64,000 nt of DNA from an uncultured delta proteobacterium (GCA_963782055.1 CAWAIF010000002.1:64001-128000); one strand, 5' to 3'; numbered from the stretch's first letter, positions 52,385 through 62,255 are shown. A program made the numbers and translations. The notes: a model not told the origin generated them from the letters alone.

Positions 52385-54199
52385 TCAGAGCGCGACGACC
52401 TGATCCTGCGGGACGAGGATCATCGCGCTCTGCGCGGGCACCTGCACGGTGAGCGAGCCGTCGCTCGCGACGGTGTAGGTGGCCTGGTTGGGATCCAGCA
52501 CGTCCACCAGCACCGTCCCCGGCGCCGCGGTGAGCTTCAAGGGCGTGGTGCCGTCGGTCGTCGAGCTGGTCTTTCTGCCGTTGGTGTTCAGCACGACGAG
52601 CGCGTACTGGCTGCCCGCGTCCCCGCCGGTGCGCTCGAAGGCGAAGATGCCCGCGTCCCCCTCGCTGCCGGTGTGCGCGGTGGCGTAGACCACGTTGGTG
52701 TCGCCGCGGCGCAGCGCGAGGTACGCCTTGCGGATGCGCGTCAGCTTGGCGACGTGGCGGAAGGTGTCGCCCGTCGTGTCGAATCCGGTGTTCCAGAGCA
52801 CCTCGCGGTTCGCCGGGTCGTTGCCGCCGGAGAAGTCCTGCTCGGTGCCGTAGTAGATGCAGGGGATGCCGTCCTCGGTCAGCAGCAAGGTGAGCGCGTT
52901 GCGCAGCGCCGCCTTGTCGCCCTGCGCGTCGAAGAGGAAGCGCGCGACGTCGTGGTTGTCGAGGAAGTTCACCAGCGCCTTGGTGGGCGGGATGCCGATG
53001 CCGCCGTCCTGCGGCGTGGTGCCGTAGTTCTGCGGGCGCGACTCCCAGAGCGCCTTGATCTGGTCGGTGCCCTTCTGCGCGCTCGGGTCGTGCGCGTTCT
53101 CGAAGACGTCCTGGAAGACCTGGTAGTGCTGCGAGAAGTAAAAGACGCTGTCGAGCTCGCCCGGCACCGTGTAGCTGCCGAGGAGCTGGTCGTTGCCGTC
53201 GAAGGCCTCGCCGAACATGAGGAAGTTGTTCTTCCCCTCCGCCGCGAGGCGCTGGCGCACGCCCTTGGTGAAGACCTGCCAGAACTCGTGCTCGACGTGC
53301 TTCACCGTGTCGATGCGGAAGCCGTCGAAGTCCGCCAGCTCCACCCAGCGCGAGTACGCGTCGATCATGAGCTGCCGCACCTCCGGCAGCTCGGTCGCCA
53401 CGTCCTTCAGGCCGCCGGGGAAGTCGCCGAGGGTGCGCTGCTTCGGGTCGTCGTAGTTCAGGATGCGGCCGAAGCCGTGGTACGCGCGCGCCGTGCCGAG
53501 CAGGCCGGGCGGGGGCACGCGGTTGATCGACGGCATGTTCAGGAAGATGATCGGCGCGCGCCCGGCGGGGCCCGCCGAGGAGAAGGACTGCACGCCCTCC
53601 GGGTTCCAGTCCGGGTCGTACTCGCTGATGCGCGTGACGGGCGAGGTGGAGCCGGTGCCGCCGATGTACTCGTCCGGCTGCCCGTTGCGGTTGATGTCGT
53701 AATAAAAGAGCTGCCCCATGTGGTTGGTGACGATGTCCAGCACCACCTTCATGCCGCGCTCGTGCGCCGCGGCGACGAGGCTGCGGAGGCTGGCGATGTC
53801 GCCGAAGTGGGGGTTGGGCTGGTAGAGGTCCTGCGACCAGTAGCCGTGGTAGGAGTCGACGCCGGCGTCGGTATCCACGTTCTTCACGACGGGGGAGATC
53901 CACATCGTGGTGACGCCGAGCGCCTGCAGGTAGCCCAGGTGCTCCTCGAGGCCCTTCCAGTCGCCGCCCTGGAAGCGCGCGAGGTGGCCGGGCTGCACCG
54001 TCCAGTCGTTGTTCAGGTCGCCGTCGGCGAAGCGGTCGACGAGGACCTGGTAGATGACCTCGTCGCGCCAGTCGTCCACGTGGGTGGCGAGCTGCGCGGG
54101 CTTGCCGGTGTCGGGGAGGCCGACGCACGCCGTCTCGGGGAGCGCGGCGCTCGCGATGGCGAGCGCGGTCAGAATCCCGCGTACGAGCCCTAGACGCAT
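52385..54199 (-). CDS. GH13 alpha-amylase family lipoprotein
   Basis: Signal ending in TAC; DWRDEVIYQVLVDRF, YHGYW, DIVTNH, GFRIDTVKH, GE, FLDNHD, GIPCIYYGTEQ. Confidence 0.92.
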   Translation of the reverse strand: MRLGLVRGILTALAIASAALPETACVGLPDTGKPAQLATHVDDWRDEVIYQVLVDRFADGDLNNDWTVQPGHLARFQGGDWKGLEEHLGYLQALGVTTMWISPVVKNVDTDAGVDSYHGYWSQDLYQPNPHFGDIASLRSLVAAAHERGMKVVLDIVTNHMGQLFYYDINRNGQPDEYIGGTGSTSPVTRISEYDPDWNPEGVQSFSSAGPAGRAPIIFLNMPSINRVPPPGLLGTARAYHGFGRILNYDDPKQRTLGDFPGGLKDVATELPEVRQLMIDAYSRWVELADFDGFRIDTVKHVEHEFWQVFTKGVRQRLAAEGKNNFLMFGEAFDGNDQLLGSYTVPGELDSVFYFSQHYQVFQDVFENAHDPSAQKGTDQIKALWESRPQNYGTTPQDGGIGIPPTKALVNFLDNHDVARFLFDAQGDKAALRNALTLLLTEDGIPCIYYGTEQDFSGGNDPANREVLWNTGFDTTGDTFRHVAKLTRIRKAYLALRRGDTNVVYATAHTGSEGDAGIFAFERTGGDAGSQYALVVLNTNGRKTSSTTDGTTPLKLTAAPGTVLVDVLDPNQATYTVASDGSLTVQVPAQSAMILVPQDQVVAL

Positions 54200-54218
54200 G
54201 GCGAACCCTCCACTCCTC

Positions 54219-55787
54219 TCACGGGTACGACGACGAGTTGAACCACCACTCCACCTGCAACCCCAGGTAGTGCTCCACGTCGCGCTGCGAGCGCACGTCG
54301 CTCGCGGGGTAGAGCTCGCGCGCGCCGTCGTCGGGCACGCTGAGCGCGTAGACCACGCGGAACTGCGGGCGCTTGTAGGATCCGCGGCCGCTGGGGGAGA
54401 AGTAGGGGAGCAGGGCGAAGCGCCACATGGATGCGACGAGCGGGCCCTGGCCGCCGCTCGCCGGGTCGGGGAAGGCGTAGCGGCGCGCCTGGTAGCTCGC
54501 CTCGCCGGCGACGCCGAAGTAGTTGCCCAGGAAGAGCTCCGGGCGCAGCACCAGCGTCCCCTCGTCGTAGCGCTGCAGGGAGGTGGGAGACTGGCTGCCG
54601 TCGCTGAAGTAGCGCAGGTAGCCGCCGGCCAGCAGGCCGAAGGCGCCCGTCTCCCAGTTGCCGCTCACCGCGAAGAGGGCCTCCTGCGCGTCGCCGGTGG
54701 TGCGGTCGTTGGCGAAGGTGGTGGGCGCCTCCAGCGTGTCGTACGCCGCGAGCCCGTGCGCGTAGCGCAGGAACATGTTGACGTAGGTGTCTCGCTGGCC
54801 GGTCCAGAAGCCCACCTGCGCCCCCACCAGGAAGCCGGTGTCGGAGGGGAGGCCGACGTCCTGGTTGCTGACCGGGTCGCGGTAGACGCCCGCGCCGATC
54901 TCGTGCGCCTCGCCGTAGAGCGCAGCCTTCATCCCCGCCTTCGGGTCGTGGAGGAGCCGCCCGTTCTGGAAGAGCTGCAGCACCTTCAGCGACTCGACCA
55001 TGCGCGGGCGGTCGAGCGACTCCACCCCCACCGAGCCGATGCCGAAGGGCGCCACGTCCTGCGTCGTCTGGTGCTGGTAGGGATCGTCCAGGCGCTGCAT
55101 GCCGACGTGCAGCGCCACGCTGGTGCCCGTCTTCTGGAAGGTGTACCCGCCGCCGCCACCGATGGTGTTCTGGTTGTCCAGCGGCCACCAGTCGAGCAGG
55201 TAGATGTCGTCGCCGCGGTACATGCGCGAGCCGATCCAGACGACGGCGTTCTTGTAGCGCGCCTGCGCGTACAGGTTGCGGACGAGGATCCCCTGCTCGG
55301 GGTGGCCGGTGAAGTGGAAGAAGGGCCCGGCGAAGGCCACCGTGGCGACCACGCGGGAGTCGATGTCGCCGGAGAAGGTGTCCTCGCGGCGCAGCTCCAG
55401 CTCGGCGTAGCTCTCCTCGTCGATGCGGGTGCCGTGCGACACCACGTTGATGGGCTGGGCGATGCGCCCCTCCAGGTCGCTGGCGATGCCCACGCGCCCG
55501 TAGGAGCCGAACTCGAAGTGGCCGGTGTGCGCCTGGCGCGCGGCGGGCGCGGCGCCGGGGGCGCGGGCGAGCCCCGGGTTGGTGGTCCCGCCGGCCGTGG
55601 CGTCGGGAGGTGCGTCGGTGCCGGCGGCGGGCGCGGGAGGCGTCGCCGGAGGCGGTGTGGCCGCCGCCGCGGTCGCCGACGCGCTCGGCGCGCTCGGCGC
55701 AGGAGGCGCGCCGGACTGCGCCGCCGCCGTGGCGCTCGCCAGCAGCAGCGCCGCCGCGGCGCAGGTCGTTCGGAGGGTTCGCATCAT
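54219..55787 (-). CDS. LamB/maltoporin-like carbohydrate porin
   Basis: Signal peptide; FGSYGR, EESYAEL, WIGSRMYRGDDIYLLDWWPL, RPQFRVVY, GLQVEWWF. Confidence 0.85.
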   Translation of the reverse strand: MMRTLRTTCAAAALLLASATAAAQSGAPPAPSAPSASATAAAATPPPATPPAPAAGTDAPPDATAGGTTNPGLARAPGAAPAARQAHTGHFEFGSYGRVGIASDLEGRIAQPINVVSHGTRIDEESYAELELRREDTFSGDIDSRVVATVAFAGPFFHFTGHPEQGILVRNLYAQARYKNAVVWIGSRMYRGDDIYLLDWWPLDNQNTIGGGGGYTFQKTGTSVALHVGMQRLDDPYQHQTTQDVAPFGIGSVGVESLDRPRMVESLKVLQLFQNGRLLHDPKAGMKAALYGEAHEIGAGVYRDPVSNQDVGLPSDTGFLVGAQVGFWTGQRDTYVNMFLRYAHGLAAYDTLEAPTTFANDRTTGDAQEALFAVSGNWETGAFGLLAGGYLRYFSDGSQSPTSLQRYDEGTLVLRPELFLGNYFGVAGEASYQARRYAFPDPASGGQGPLVASMWRFALLPYFSPSGRGSYKRPQFRVVYALSVPDDGARELYPASDVRSQRDVEHYLGLQVEWWFNSSSYP

Positions 55788-55791
55788 CGGG

Positions 55792-58700
55792 TCAGGGCGC
55801 GAGGATCGCCGCGCCGCGCGCCCCCAGCGTGAGGGAGATCGCGCCGCCGGAGACCACGACGTCGGGGCCGCCGAGCTTGTCTTTCAAGTGCGTCCCGTCT
55901 GCAAGGAAAAGCGTGACGGGCAGCGCGGTGGCGAGCGACTGCGGACCGTCGGTGTCGTTGATGGCGACCAGCGCCACGTCGCTCCCCGCCTGCCGCGCGA
56001 AGACGAGCACCTGGTCGGAGGCGTAGACGTGGCGATAGGCGCCGCGGCGCAGGGCGACCAGATCGCGCCGCGCCTCGCCCACCTTGCGGGTGAAGTCCAG
56101 CGTCGCCTGCTCGTCGGCGGAGAGGGTCTGCTCTCCGCGCCACATGTGGCGGTTGTTGGGGTCCGCCCCGCCCCACTCGCCGTACTCGTCGCCGTAGTAG
56201 AGCATCGGCGCGCCGGGCTGGGTGAGCAGCCAGGCGAGCGCCTCGCGGTGACGCGCGTACGGCTCAGCGTCGCCCGGCGCCTGCGCCACGTTCGTCCACT
56301 GGTTGCCCGGGATGCCCATGTCGTGCGCCTGGTCCTGTCCGCGGTAGTCCGCGAGCGTGACGTCGCGCGCGGTGTCCTGGCTGCCGATGTACGGCGACAT
56401 GATGGCGCCCTGCGGGTACTCCCACCCGCTCGCCTGCGCCCAGTAGTCGGCGTGGATCATCCCCTTCTGCCCGTAGTCGAACACCCGGTACGAGACGGCG
56501 TGATAGAGGACGAAGTCGAACTGGCCGTCCAGCTGGTACGGGCCGATGTAGCGCGAGATGGTGTCGTACTGGTCCTGGTTGCAGGCGAGACCGCAGTCGC
56601 TCCAGCCCATCGCCGTCTCGCCCGTCAAGAAGAACTTGGTGCCGCTCGCCTCGAACTCGTGACGCAGGCGGGTGCTCACGTTCATGACGGCGGCGTCCTG
56701 CAGGTGCTTGACCGCGTCGATGCGGTAGCCGTCCAGGTCGTAGGTGCTGGCCCACCAGACGGCGTCGTCGGTCCACTGCGCGCTCACCTCCGGCTTGGTC
56801 CAGTCGACGCGGGGCAGGTACGAGGCGAAGACGCAGTCCAGCCGGTGCGTCGTCCAGTCGCAGTTGTTGGTGCCGCACACGCAGCCCTGGATGAACCAGT
56901 CGGGGTGCGCCTTCACGTACTCGTGGTCCTTGTGCACGTCCCCGAGCATCAGGTCCATGATCACGCGGATGCCGTGCTCGTGCGCCGTCTTCACCATCGC
57001 CTTCAGGCCGGCGTCGCCGCCCAGGCGCGGGTCCACCTCCCGGGCCTTGATGGGCCAGTAGCCGTGGTAGCCGGTCACCTGGGTGACGCCGTCGGCGGCG
57101 GGGAAGGCGTCGGGCGTCGCGGTGTAGAAGGGCGTGAGCCAGATGGCGCGCACGCCCAGCTTGTCGAGGTCCCCGGCGGCGATGGCCTGCTGCACGCCCT
57201 CCAGGTCGCCGTTCTGGAAGTTGGCGCGCACGTCGACGCCCTGCACGGGCGGCACGTCGTTGGAGGTGTCGCCGTTCTTGAAGCGGTCGGTCACCGCCAT
57301 GTAGATGAGCGCGTCGTGCCAGTCGAAGGTCTCCGCCTCGACCCAGAAGACCAGGCGCAGGGTGGGCGCGGCGCGGCCCAGGCGGTCCTTCGCGTCGACG
57401 AACAGCGTGTACTTGCCGTCGGCGAGGTTCTGCAGGTCGAAGGCGATGGTGTCGCCCACGGCGTCCACCTGCGCCGGGGCGTCGCCGTCGGCGAAGTCCT
57501 TGCGGAGGGTGCCCTTCACGGTGGCGGGGTCGACGCCGGTCTGCGCCCAGCCGGGGAGGAAGTCGACGGTCGCCTGGTAGCGCCCCTGCCCCGGTGCTTG
57601 ACGGGTCAACGAATGCGTCTTCAGCGCGAGGGAAGGCGCGTAGCAGTCGGTCACCTGCACCGACGAGTTCTCCGTTCCGCCGACGAACTTGCGCGTCGTC
57701 GACGCCGGGTCGAACTGCCAGTTGCCGTCGACGACGAGCTTGTAGGCGTACAGGCCGGGTGACAGCGGGACCTTCGCGGTGAAGGCGCCGCTCCCGTCCG
57801 GGCCGGTCATCACCGCGCCGGGGGACTGGAATCCGTCCCACTCCCCGGCGACCGAGACGCTCTTGGGGATGGTCCCCGCGGCGGGGACGTAGCGGAAGGT
57901 GGTGGTGCACGCGCCGGCGTCCACGTCGACGGGCGGCGGCAGCGGTACGTCGGCACCGGCGTCGATCGGCGTCTGCCCGTCGCCGCCGGCGTCCGCGCCC
58001 GGGGGTGTGTCGGGGTTGCTGGAGCAGCCGAAGAGCGCGAGGGAGACGGCCGCGGTCGCCGCGACAATCCCGGCGCGCCGGCGCGCGCGGCGCAGGACGA
58101 GCAGCACACCGAGGAGCAGGATGGCGAGGGCGCCGGAGGGGGAGGCCGCGCCGGTCCCGATGGAGCAGCCGCCGTCGTTGCCGGGAGGGGTCGACGCGCC
58201 CGCGTCGGCGCCGCCGCCCGCGTCATCCATCGGGCCGGCGTCGCCCGCGTCGGGCGTCGCGGCGTCGGCGCCGGCGTCGCCCGGCTCGTCCGGCTCTGCG
58301 GCGAACGCGCCGCAGCTCGGCGTCACCGGCTCGCCGCGGTCCAGCAAGGACAGGAGGTACGCGCCCGCGCCGAAGCCGACCATCGGCGCCTCACCGGCGT
58401 AGTCGGCGGTGACGCGGTCGTGCAGCTCGGAGAAGAGGCCGAAGTTCTCGGCGGCCTGGTCCACGTTCCACGCCAGGCCGTCGGTCGCCGCCTGCGTGGC
58501 GCCGGTGAGCTCCAGCGCGTGGCCCGCGCGCAGGTCGACGAAGACCCACTCCTGCGAGTCGTACCAGCCGCCGGAGTCGTTGCGCATGAAGCCGCGGCCG
58601 CTCGGGGGCACGAGGCCCGCCTGCATCGCGTGGACGGTCGCCCTCGCGGTGTGCTTGGCGGGGTCGAAGAGGCCGAAGTTGATCGCCTCCACGGCCGCGG

Positions 58701-60384
58701 CGTCCAGCCACGCCTTGTCGGCGGCGAGCGACTCGGTCGCCTGCCCGATGGTGCCGTCCGGCGCGCGGAGCAACCCGAGGATGGCGTCGCGAGCCTTCTC
58801 GCCGGCCGTGAGGTACTTCGCCGAGTCGGCCGCGTCGTTCATCTGCGTGGCGAGCCCGGCGGCGGCGCACAGGCCGCGCGCGGCGGTGATGGTGGTGTAG
58901 GCGAAGTGCTTCTGCTGCCCGTTCCAGTGCACCTCCCAGATGCTGGAGTCCGGCGCGATGAGCCCGCTCGGCTCCTGCAGGCCCGCGAGCACGTCGGCGA
59001 CCTTGGACTGCACGGTGGGCCACCAGGCGGTGAGCGCCGCGGTGTCGTTGGACGCTTGCACGTACTCCGCGAGCTCCCACAAGAAGAGGCCGAAGCCGTC
59101 GAACTCGACGTTGGGGCCGTCCTGGTTGGTGTCGCTCTCCTCGGTGCCGTCGCCGTAGTAGCGCACGACCGAGATCTGGTACGGGGCGCCGACGTACGAC
59201 TCGTAGCCGCCGACCGTCGCCTTCATCTGGAAGTCGATGGCGCGCTTCGCCTCCGCCAGGTGTCCGCTGCGCGCGAGCGCGACGGTGGCGTAGGCCATGT
59301 CGCGCACCCAGGCGATGTTCCACTTGCCGGGGGCGATGCTGGCGAGGATCTGCCCGTCGCTCTTGTCCCCGGCGGCGACCTGCGCCATCCGCAGCACCGC
59401 CTGCGCCTGGGCGGCGTCGGCGGCCTCCACGGCCGTCGTGCCCTGCGGCGCGGGCTTCTGCCACGCGCTCCACGCGGCGATCTCGTCGGCGAGGATCTTG
59501 TCCGGCGCGCGCCCGGCGATCCAGGTGCGCACGCGGTCGACCGCGGCCTGCGCGTCGGCGTCGGCGGCGAGCACCGAGAACCACCCGGCGTACGCAGTGG
59601 CGTTCTGCGCGATGTCCCCCAGGCTGGACTGGAAGCCGCACACCGCGTCGTTGGTGGGGCTGCCCGGGCCCGCGTCGTCGGCGAGGTTCTGTCCGTTGAC
59701 GAGGCGCGTGTACGGGTTGTTCGGCGTCGCCCCGTGGTGCGTGGACGCCGCGATGCTCGCGTGCCCGAAGGCGACGCCGCTCGGCCCCCACTCGTAGTAG
59801 GCGTCGCGCCCGGCGTTGTACGCCATGCCCTCCGCGGTGGAGCTGGGCGCGGGGCTGCCGCTGCCCAGGTGGTAGTTCATGAGCGTGTACGCGTCGATCG
59901 CGCCGGAGCCGCTCTGCCGCGTCACCTTCAGCACGGTGAAGGCGGCGTTCTCCGCGAGGCCCATCGGCGCGAAGTCGAACTCCTCCACGGTGAGGCCCTG
60001 CCAGGAGCGCACCACGTGGATGATCCCGGTGCCCGGCACGTACTCGATCTTGCTCGGCGTGATGGTGTTCAGCCACGCGCCGGTGGTGCCCACGCGCAGG
60101 CCGGGGTACGCGTCGTAGAGGAAGTTGCGCGACTCCACCCCCGCGCTCGGGTACCGGTAGGGGTGCTCCAAGAACTGCGTCAGCTTGAAGGCGTTCGTGT
60201 CGAAGGCGATCGCCGCGCGGCCGTTGGAGGACGGGAGGGCGCCGATGGAGCGGTGAGGCTCGGCGGCCCGCGCCGTGGAGGTGGTCAGGAGGGCGAGCAC
60301 CGCGCCGAGGAGGAGCAGGCGCGCCCGGAAAGACAGGACCCAGAGCTTCGATACGGCCACCACGCCTCCTCCCGGAAGAGCCAT
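55792..60384 (-). CDS. Fusion: GH15-like glucoamylase + internal MYXO-CTERM + lipoprotein signal + CBM48-like + GH13 alpha-amylase
   Basis: GH15-like motifs AWVRDMAY, DSSIWEV and LFSE; DAG linker; GCSIG...LLLGVLLVLRRARRR; AVSLALFGC; VSVAGEWDGF...GLYAYKLVVDGNW (CBM48); IYMAVTDRF, YHGYWP, GYRIDAVKH, GET, PGAPMLYYGDE (GH13). Confidence 0.88.
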   Translation of the reverse strand: MALPGGGVVAVSKLWVLSFRARLLLLGAVLALLTTSTARAAEPHRSIGALPSSNGRAAIAFDTNAFKLTQFLEHPYRYPSAGVESRNFLYDAYPGLRVGTTGAWLNTITPSKIEYVPGTGIIHVVRSWQGLTVEEFDFAPMGLAENAAFTVLKVTRQSGSGAIDAYTLMNYHLGSGSPAPSSTAEGMAYNAGRDAYYEWGPSGVAFGHASIAASTHHGATPNNPYTRLVNGQNLADDAGPGSPTNDAVCGFQSSLGDIAQNATAYAGWFSVLAADADAQAAVDRVRTWIAGRAPDKILADEIAAWSAWQKPAPQGTTAVEAADAAQAQAVLRMAQVAAGDKSDGQILASIAPGKWNIAWVRDMAYATVALARSGHLAEAKRAIDFQMKATVGGYESYVGAPYQISVVRYYGDGTEESDTNQDGPNVEFDGFGLFLWELAEYVQASNDTAALTAWWPTVQSKVADVLAGLQEPSGLIAPDSSIWEVHWNGQQKHFAYTTITAARGLCAAAGLATQMNDAADSAKYLTAGEKARDAILGLLRAPDGTIGQATESLAADKAWLDAAAVEAINFGLFDPAKHTARATVHAMQAGLVPPSGRGFMRNDSGGWYDSQEWVFVDLRAGHALELTGATQAATDGLAWNVDQAAENFGLFSELHDRVTADYAGEAPMVGFGAGAYLLSLLDRGEPVTPSCGAFAAEPDEPGDAGADAATPDAGDAGPMDDAGGGADAGASTPPGNDGGCSIGTGAASPSGALAILLLGVLLVLRRARRRAGIVAATAAVSLALFGCSSNPDTPPGADAGGDGQTPIDAGADVPLPPPVDVDAGACTTTFRYVPAAGTIPKSVSVAGEWDGFQSPGAVMTGPDGSGAFTAKVPLSPGLYAYKLVVDGNWQFDPASTTRKFVGGTENSSVQVTDCYAPSLALKTHSLTRQAPGQGRYQATVDFLPGWAQTGVDPATVKGTLRKDFADGDAPAQVDAVGDTIAFDLQNLADGKYTLFVDAKDRLGRAAPTLRLVFWVEAETFDWHDALIYMAVTDRFKNGDTSNDVPPVQGVDVRANFQNGDLEGVQQAIAAGDLDKLGVRAIWLTPFYTATPDAFPAADGVTQVTGYHGYWPIKAREVDPRLGGDAGLKAMVKTAHEHGIRVIMDLMLGDVHKDHEYVKAHPDWFIQGCVCGTNNCDWTTHRLDCVFASYLPRVDWTKPEVSAQWTDDAVWWASTYDLDGYRIDAVKHLQDAAVMNVSTRLRHEFEASGTKFFLTGETAMGWSDCGLACNQDQYDTISRYIGPYQLDGQFDFVLYHAVSYRVFDYGQKGMIHADYWAQASGWEYPQGAIMSPYIGSQDTARDVTLADYRGQDQAHDMGIPGNQWTNVAQAPGDAEPYARHREALAWLLTQPGAPMLYYGDEYGEWGGADPNNRHMWRGEQTLSADEQATLDFTRKVGEARRDLVALRRGAYRHVYASDQVLVFARQAGSDVALVAINDTDGPQSLATALPVTLFLADGTHLKDKLGGPDVVVSGGAISLTLGARGAAILAP

Positions 60385-60420
60385 CGCCTAGCATTGTCCT
60401 GCAGCGGCGCCACCAAAAAA

Positions 60421-60440
60421 GTAACTCACGCCTGCGTTAC
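60421..60440. promoter_or_regulatory. Imperfect palindrome upstream of the alpha-glucan operon (candidate operator)
   Basis: GTAACTCA-CGCC-TGCGTTAC (7/8 paired), preceded by an A6 tract, 36 nt from the ATG at 60384. Confidence 0.45.
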
Positions 60441-60491
60441 GGTTGGCGGCCGCGGGAGATCGTTAGCCGGCGAATGAGCGCCCATGCTCGC

Positions 60492-62255
60492 CTAGCGGAA
60501 GGGACCGGCGCCGGCCAGGCCCCGTTTCGCGCGCAGGAGCCGGGCGATCGCCTCCAGCCGGGGGCGCAGCGTCTCGGGGTCGGGCGTGGGCTCGGGGACC
60601 AGGTAGCCCGCCTCCTCCCGGCGCACGTGGAGGTGGACGGCCTCCTCCAGCTCCTGGAGGAGCTCGCGGGTGGCGGGCGAGAGGGTGGGATCGTCCGGGC
60701 TGAGGTCCTGCTCGAGGGGCGGGTCGATGGGGAAGCTGACCAGCGTCCCCATCAGGGTGCCGTTCGGCTGCCAGACCGTGCCCACGTCGAAGCGGTCGAC
60801 CCCCAGCGCGCCGCCGTGCACCCACATGCGGCCGGCCTCGAAGTGGCCGCCCACCCGCTCGGCGAAGGCGCGCCACGCCCCCGCGTCCTCGGCCATCGCC
60901 GCGGGGGGAGGCACCCGCGCCACCGCCTGCGCGAGCGCCTCCAGCAGGGCCACGGCCTCCGTCGCCAGCTTCTCCAGGCTGGCGGTGGACCCTGGCGAGC
61001 CGCTGAAGGTGACGACGGCGCCGTCGTCGTCCATGGTCACCGAGGCGCCGCGCACGAGCCGGTCCAGCAGGTCGTCGTCGAAGAAGGCCTCGATCTGCGC
61101 CGCCTCCCGGCCGCGGATGGTGAAGCGGTCCCCCGCCTTCCCCGGCGCCGCCCAGGTGCGCCCCAGCACGTCGGTCCAGCGCTTCTCGCCGACGTGCAGG
61201 TCCAGCCCGAGGTGCGGCCACGCGTAGCGCGCGGCGGTGGCCAGCGCGCCCTCCCGCAGCTCTCGCCCGAGCTGCAGCTTCACCTCGCCCCGCTCGGCGT
61301 GAAGTGAGCCCCTGCCGGGGTCGAACTCCAGCTCCAGCCGCTCGCCCACCTGCGACCAGATGCGTGCCATCCGGTCGCGCCCCACCGGCCACACGCGCCC
61401 GGAGGGCTTCTTGCGCGTCGCGCCGGGAGGGGGCCGCAGCACCTTGAGGGGGATGCTCACCACCAGGTCGCGCCCGAGCACCACGTCGGCGCGCACCTCC
61501 ACCCGCCAGTCGAAGCCGAAGAAGCTCGCGCGGAAGGTGGGCGGCGCCTCCGCCGGCATCGTCACGCGGAAGCGCAGCGGCTCCCCCTCCGGCGGCGGCC
61601 CGGAGACGACGAGCGCGCGGTAAAAGCGCGTGTCGTACGCGCCCAACGTCGGCTTGAAGATGCGCTCCGTCCCGACGAAGGTCACGTACACCGCGCGGAT
61701 GCGCGCCGCGTGCACGTTGTTGAAGGAGACGGCGCCGGTGAGCGCGTCGCCTGGCGCGAGCTGCGTCGTGTCCACCGACACCTCGGCGTAGACGGCGCCC
61801 GGCTGGGGGCCCTTCGGCGAGCTGGCGACCAGCACCGGCGCGGTCGGCTCGGGGAGGGCGAAGGTCGGCGCCACCGAGAGGGTGAAGCTGGTGTGCCTGT
61901 CCGGCCACCACGGGATGTCCACGTGCACGTCCACCGTGTACGTCGACTGCGCGTGCTGCCCGGTGAAGGTGGGCGGCGACCCGGCGGGCACCGAGAAGCG
62001 GAAGCGCCGCTTGTACTCCCCCACGCCAAGCTCCCCCGGAGTCCAGCGCTGCGGCAGGCGAAGCCACGGGCGGTGGAGGACCTGCATCCCTCGACCGTCC
62101 CCCACCACGGTGCGCTCGCTCGCGGAGAAGACGAGGTCGACGAAGCGGGTCGGCGTCGCCGACCGGCTCCCCAGCACCACGATGAGCTCGAACGGCTCCC
62201 CGGCGACGAGCGGCTTCTTCGACACGAGGAGCCTCACCGTCGGCCGACTGCGCAT
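60492..62255 (-). CDS. Hypothetical protein with tandem arrestin/SpoOM-like domains
   Basis: Two repeats: GEYKRRFRFSVPAGSPPTF..Y.VDVHVDIPWWPD and LRFRVTMPAEAPPTF...WRVEVRADVVLGRD. Confidence 0.7.
   Translation of the reverse strand: MRSRPTVRLLVSKKPLVAGEPFELIVVLGSRSATPTRFVDLVFSASERTVVGDGRGMQVLHRPWLRLPQRWTPGELGVGEYKRRFRFSVPAGSPPTFTGQHAQSTYTVDVHVDIPWWPDRHTSFTLSVAPTFALPEPTAPVLVASSPKGPQPGAVYAEVSVDTTQLAPGDALTGAVSFNNVHAARIRAVYVTFVGTERIFKPTLGAYDTRFYRALVVSGPPPEGEPLRFRVTMPAEAPPTFRASFFGFDWRVEVRADVVLGRDLVVSIPLKVLRPPPGATRKKPSGRVWPVGRDRMARIWSQVGERLELEFDPGRGSLHAERGEVKLQLGRELREGALATAARYAWPHLGLDLHVGEKRWTDVLGRTWAAPGKAGDRFTIRGREAAQIEAFFDDDLLDRLVRGASVTMDDDGAVVTFSGSPGSTASLEKLATEAVALLEALAQAVARVPPPAAMAEDAGAWRAFAERVGGHFEAGRMWVHGGALGVDRFDVGTVWQPNGTLMGTLVSFPIDPPLEQDLSPDDPTLSPATRELLQELEEAVHLHVRREEAGYLVPEPTPDPETLRPRLEAIARLLRAKRGLAGAGPFR

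Noticed and set aside
57940..58290. Short GACGCCGGC-type repeats as a CRISPR or DNA repeat array
   Set aside because: They encode Asp-Ala-Gly linkers typical of myxobacterial exported proteins; there is no constant repeat-spacer periodicity and no cas gene.
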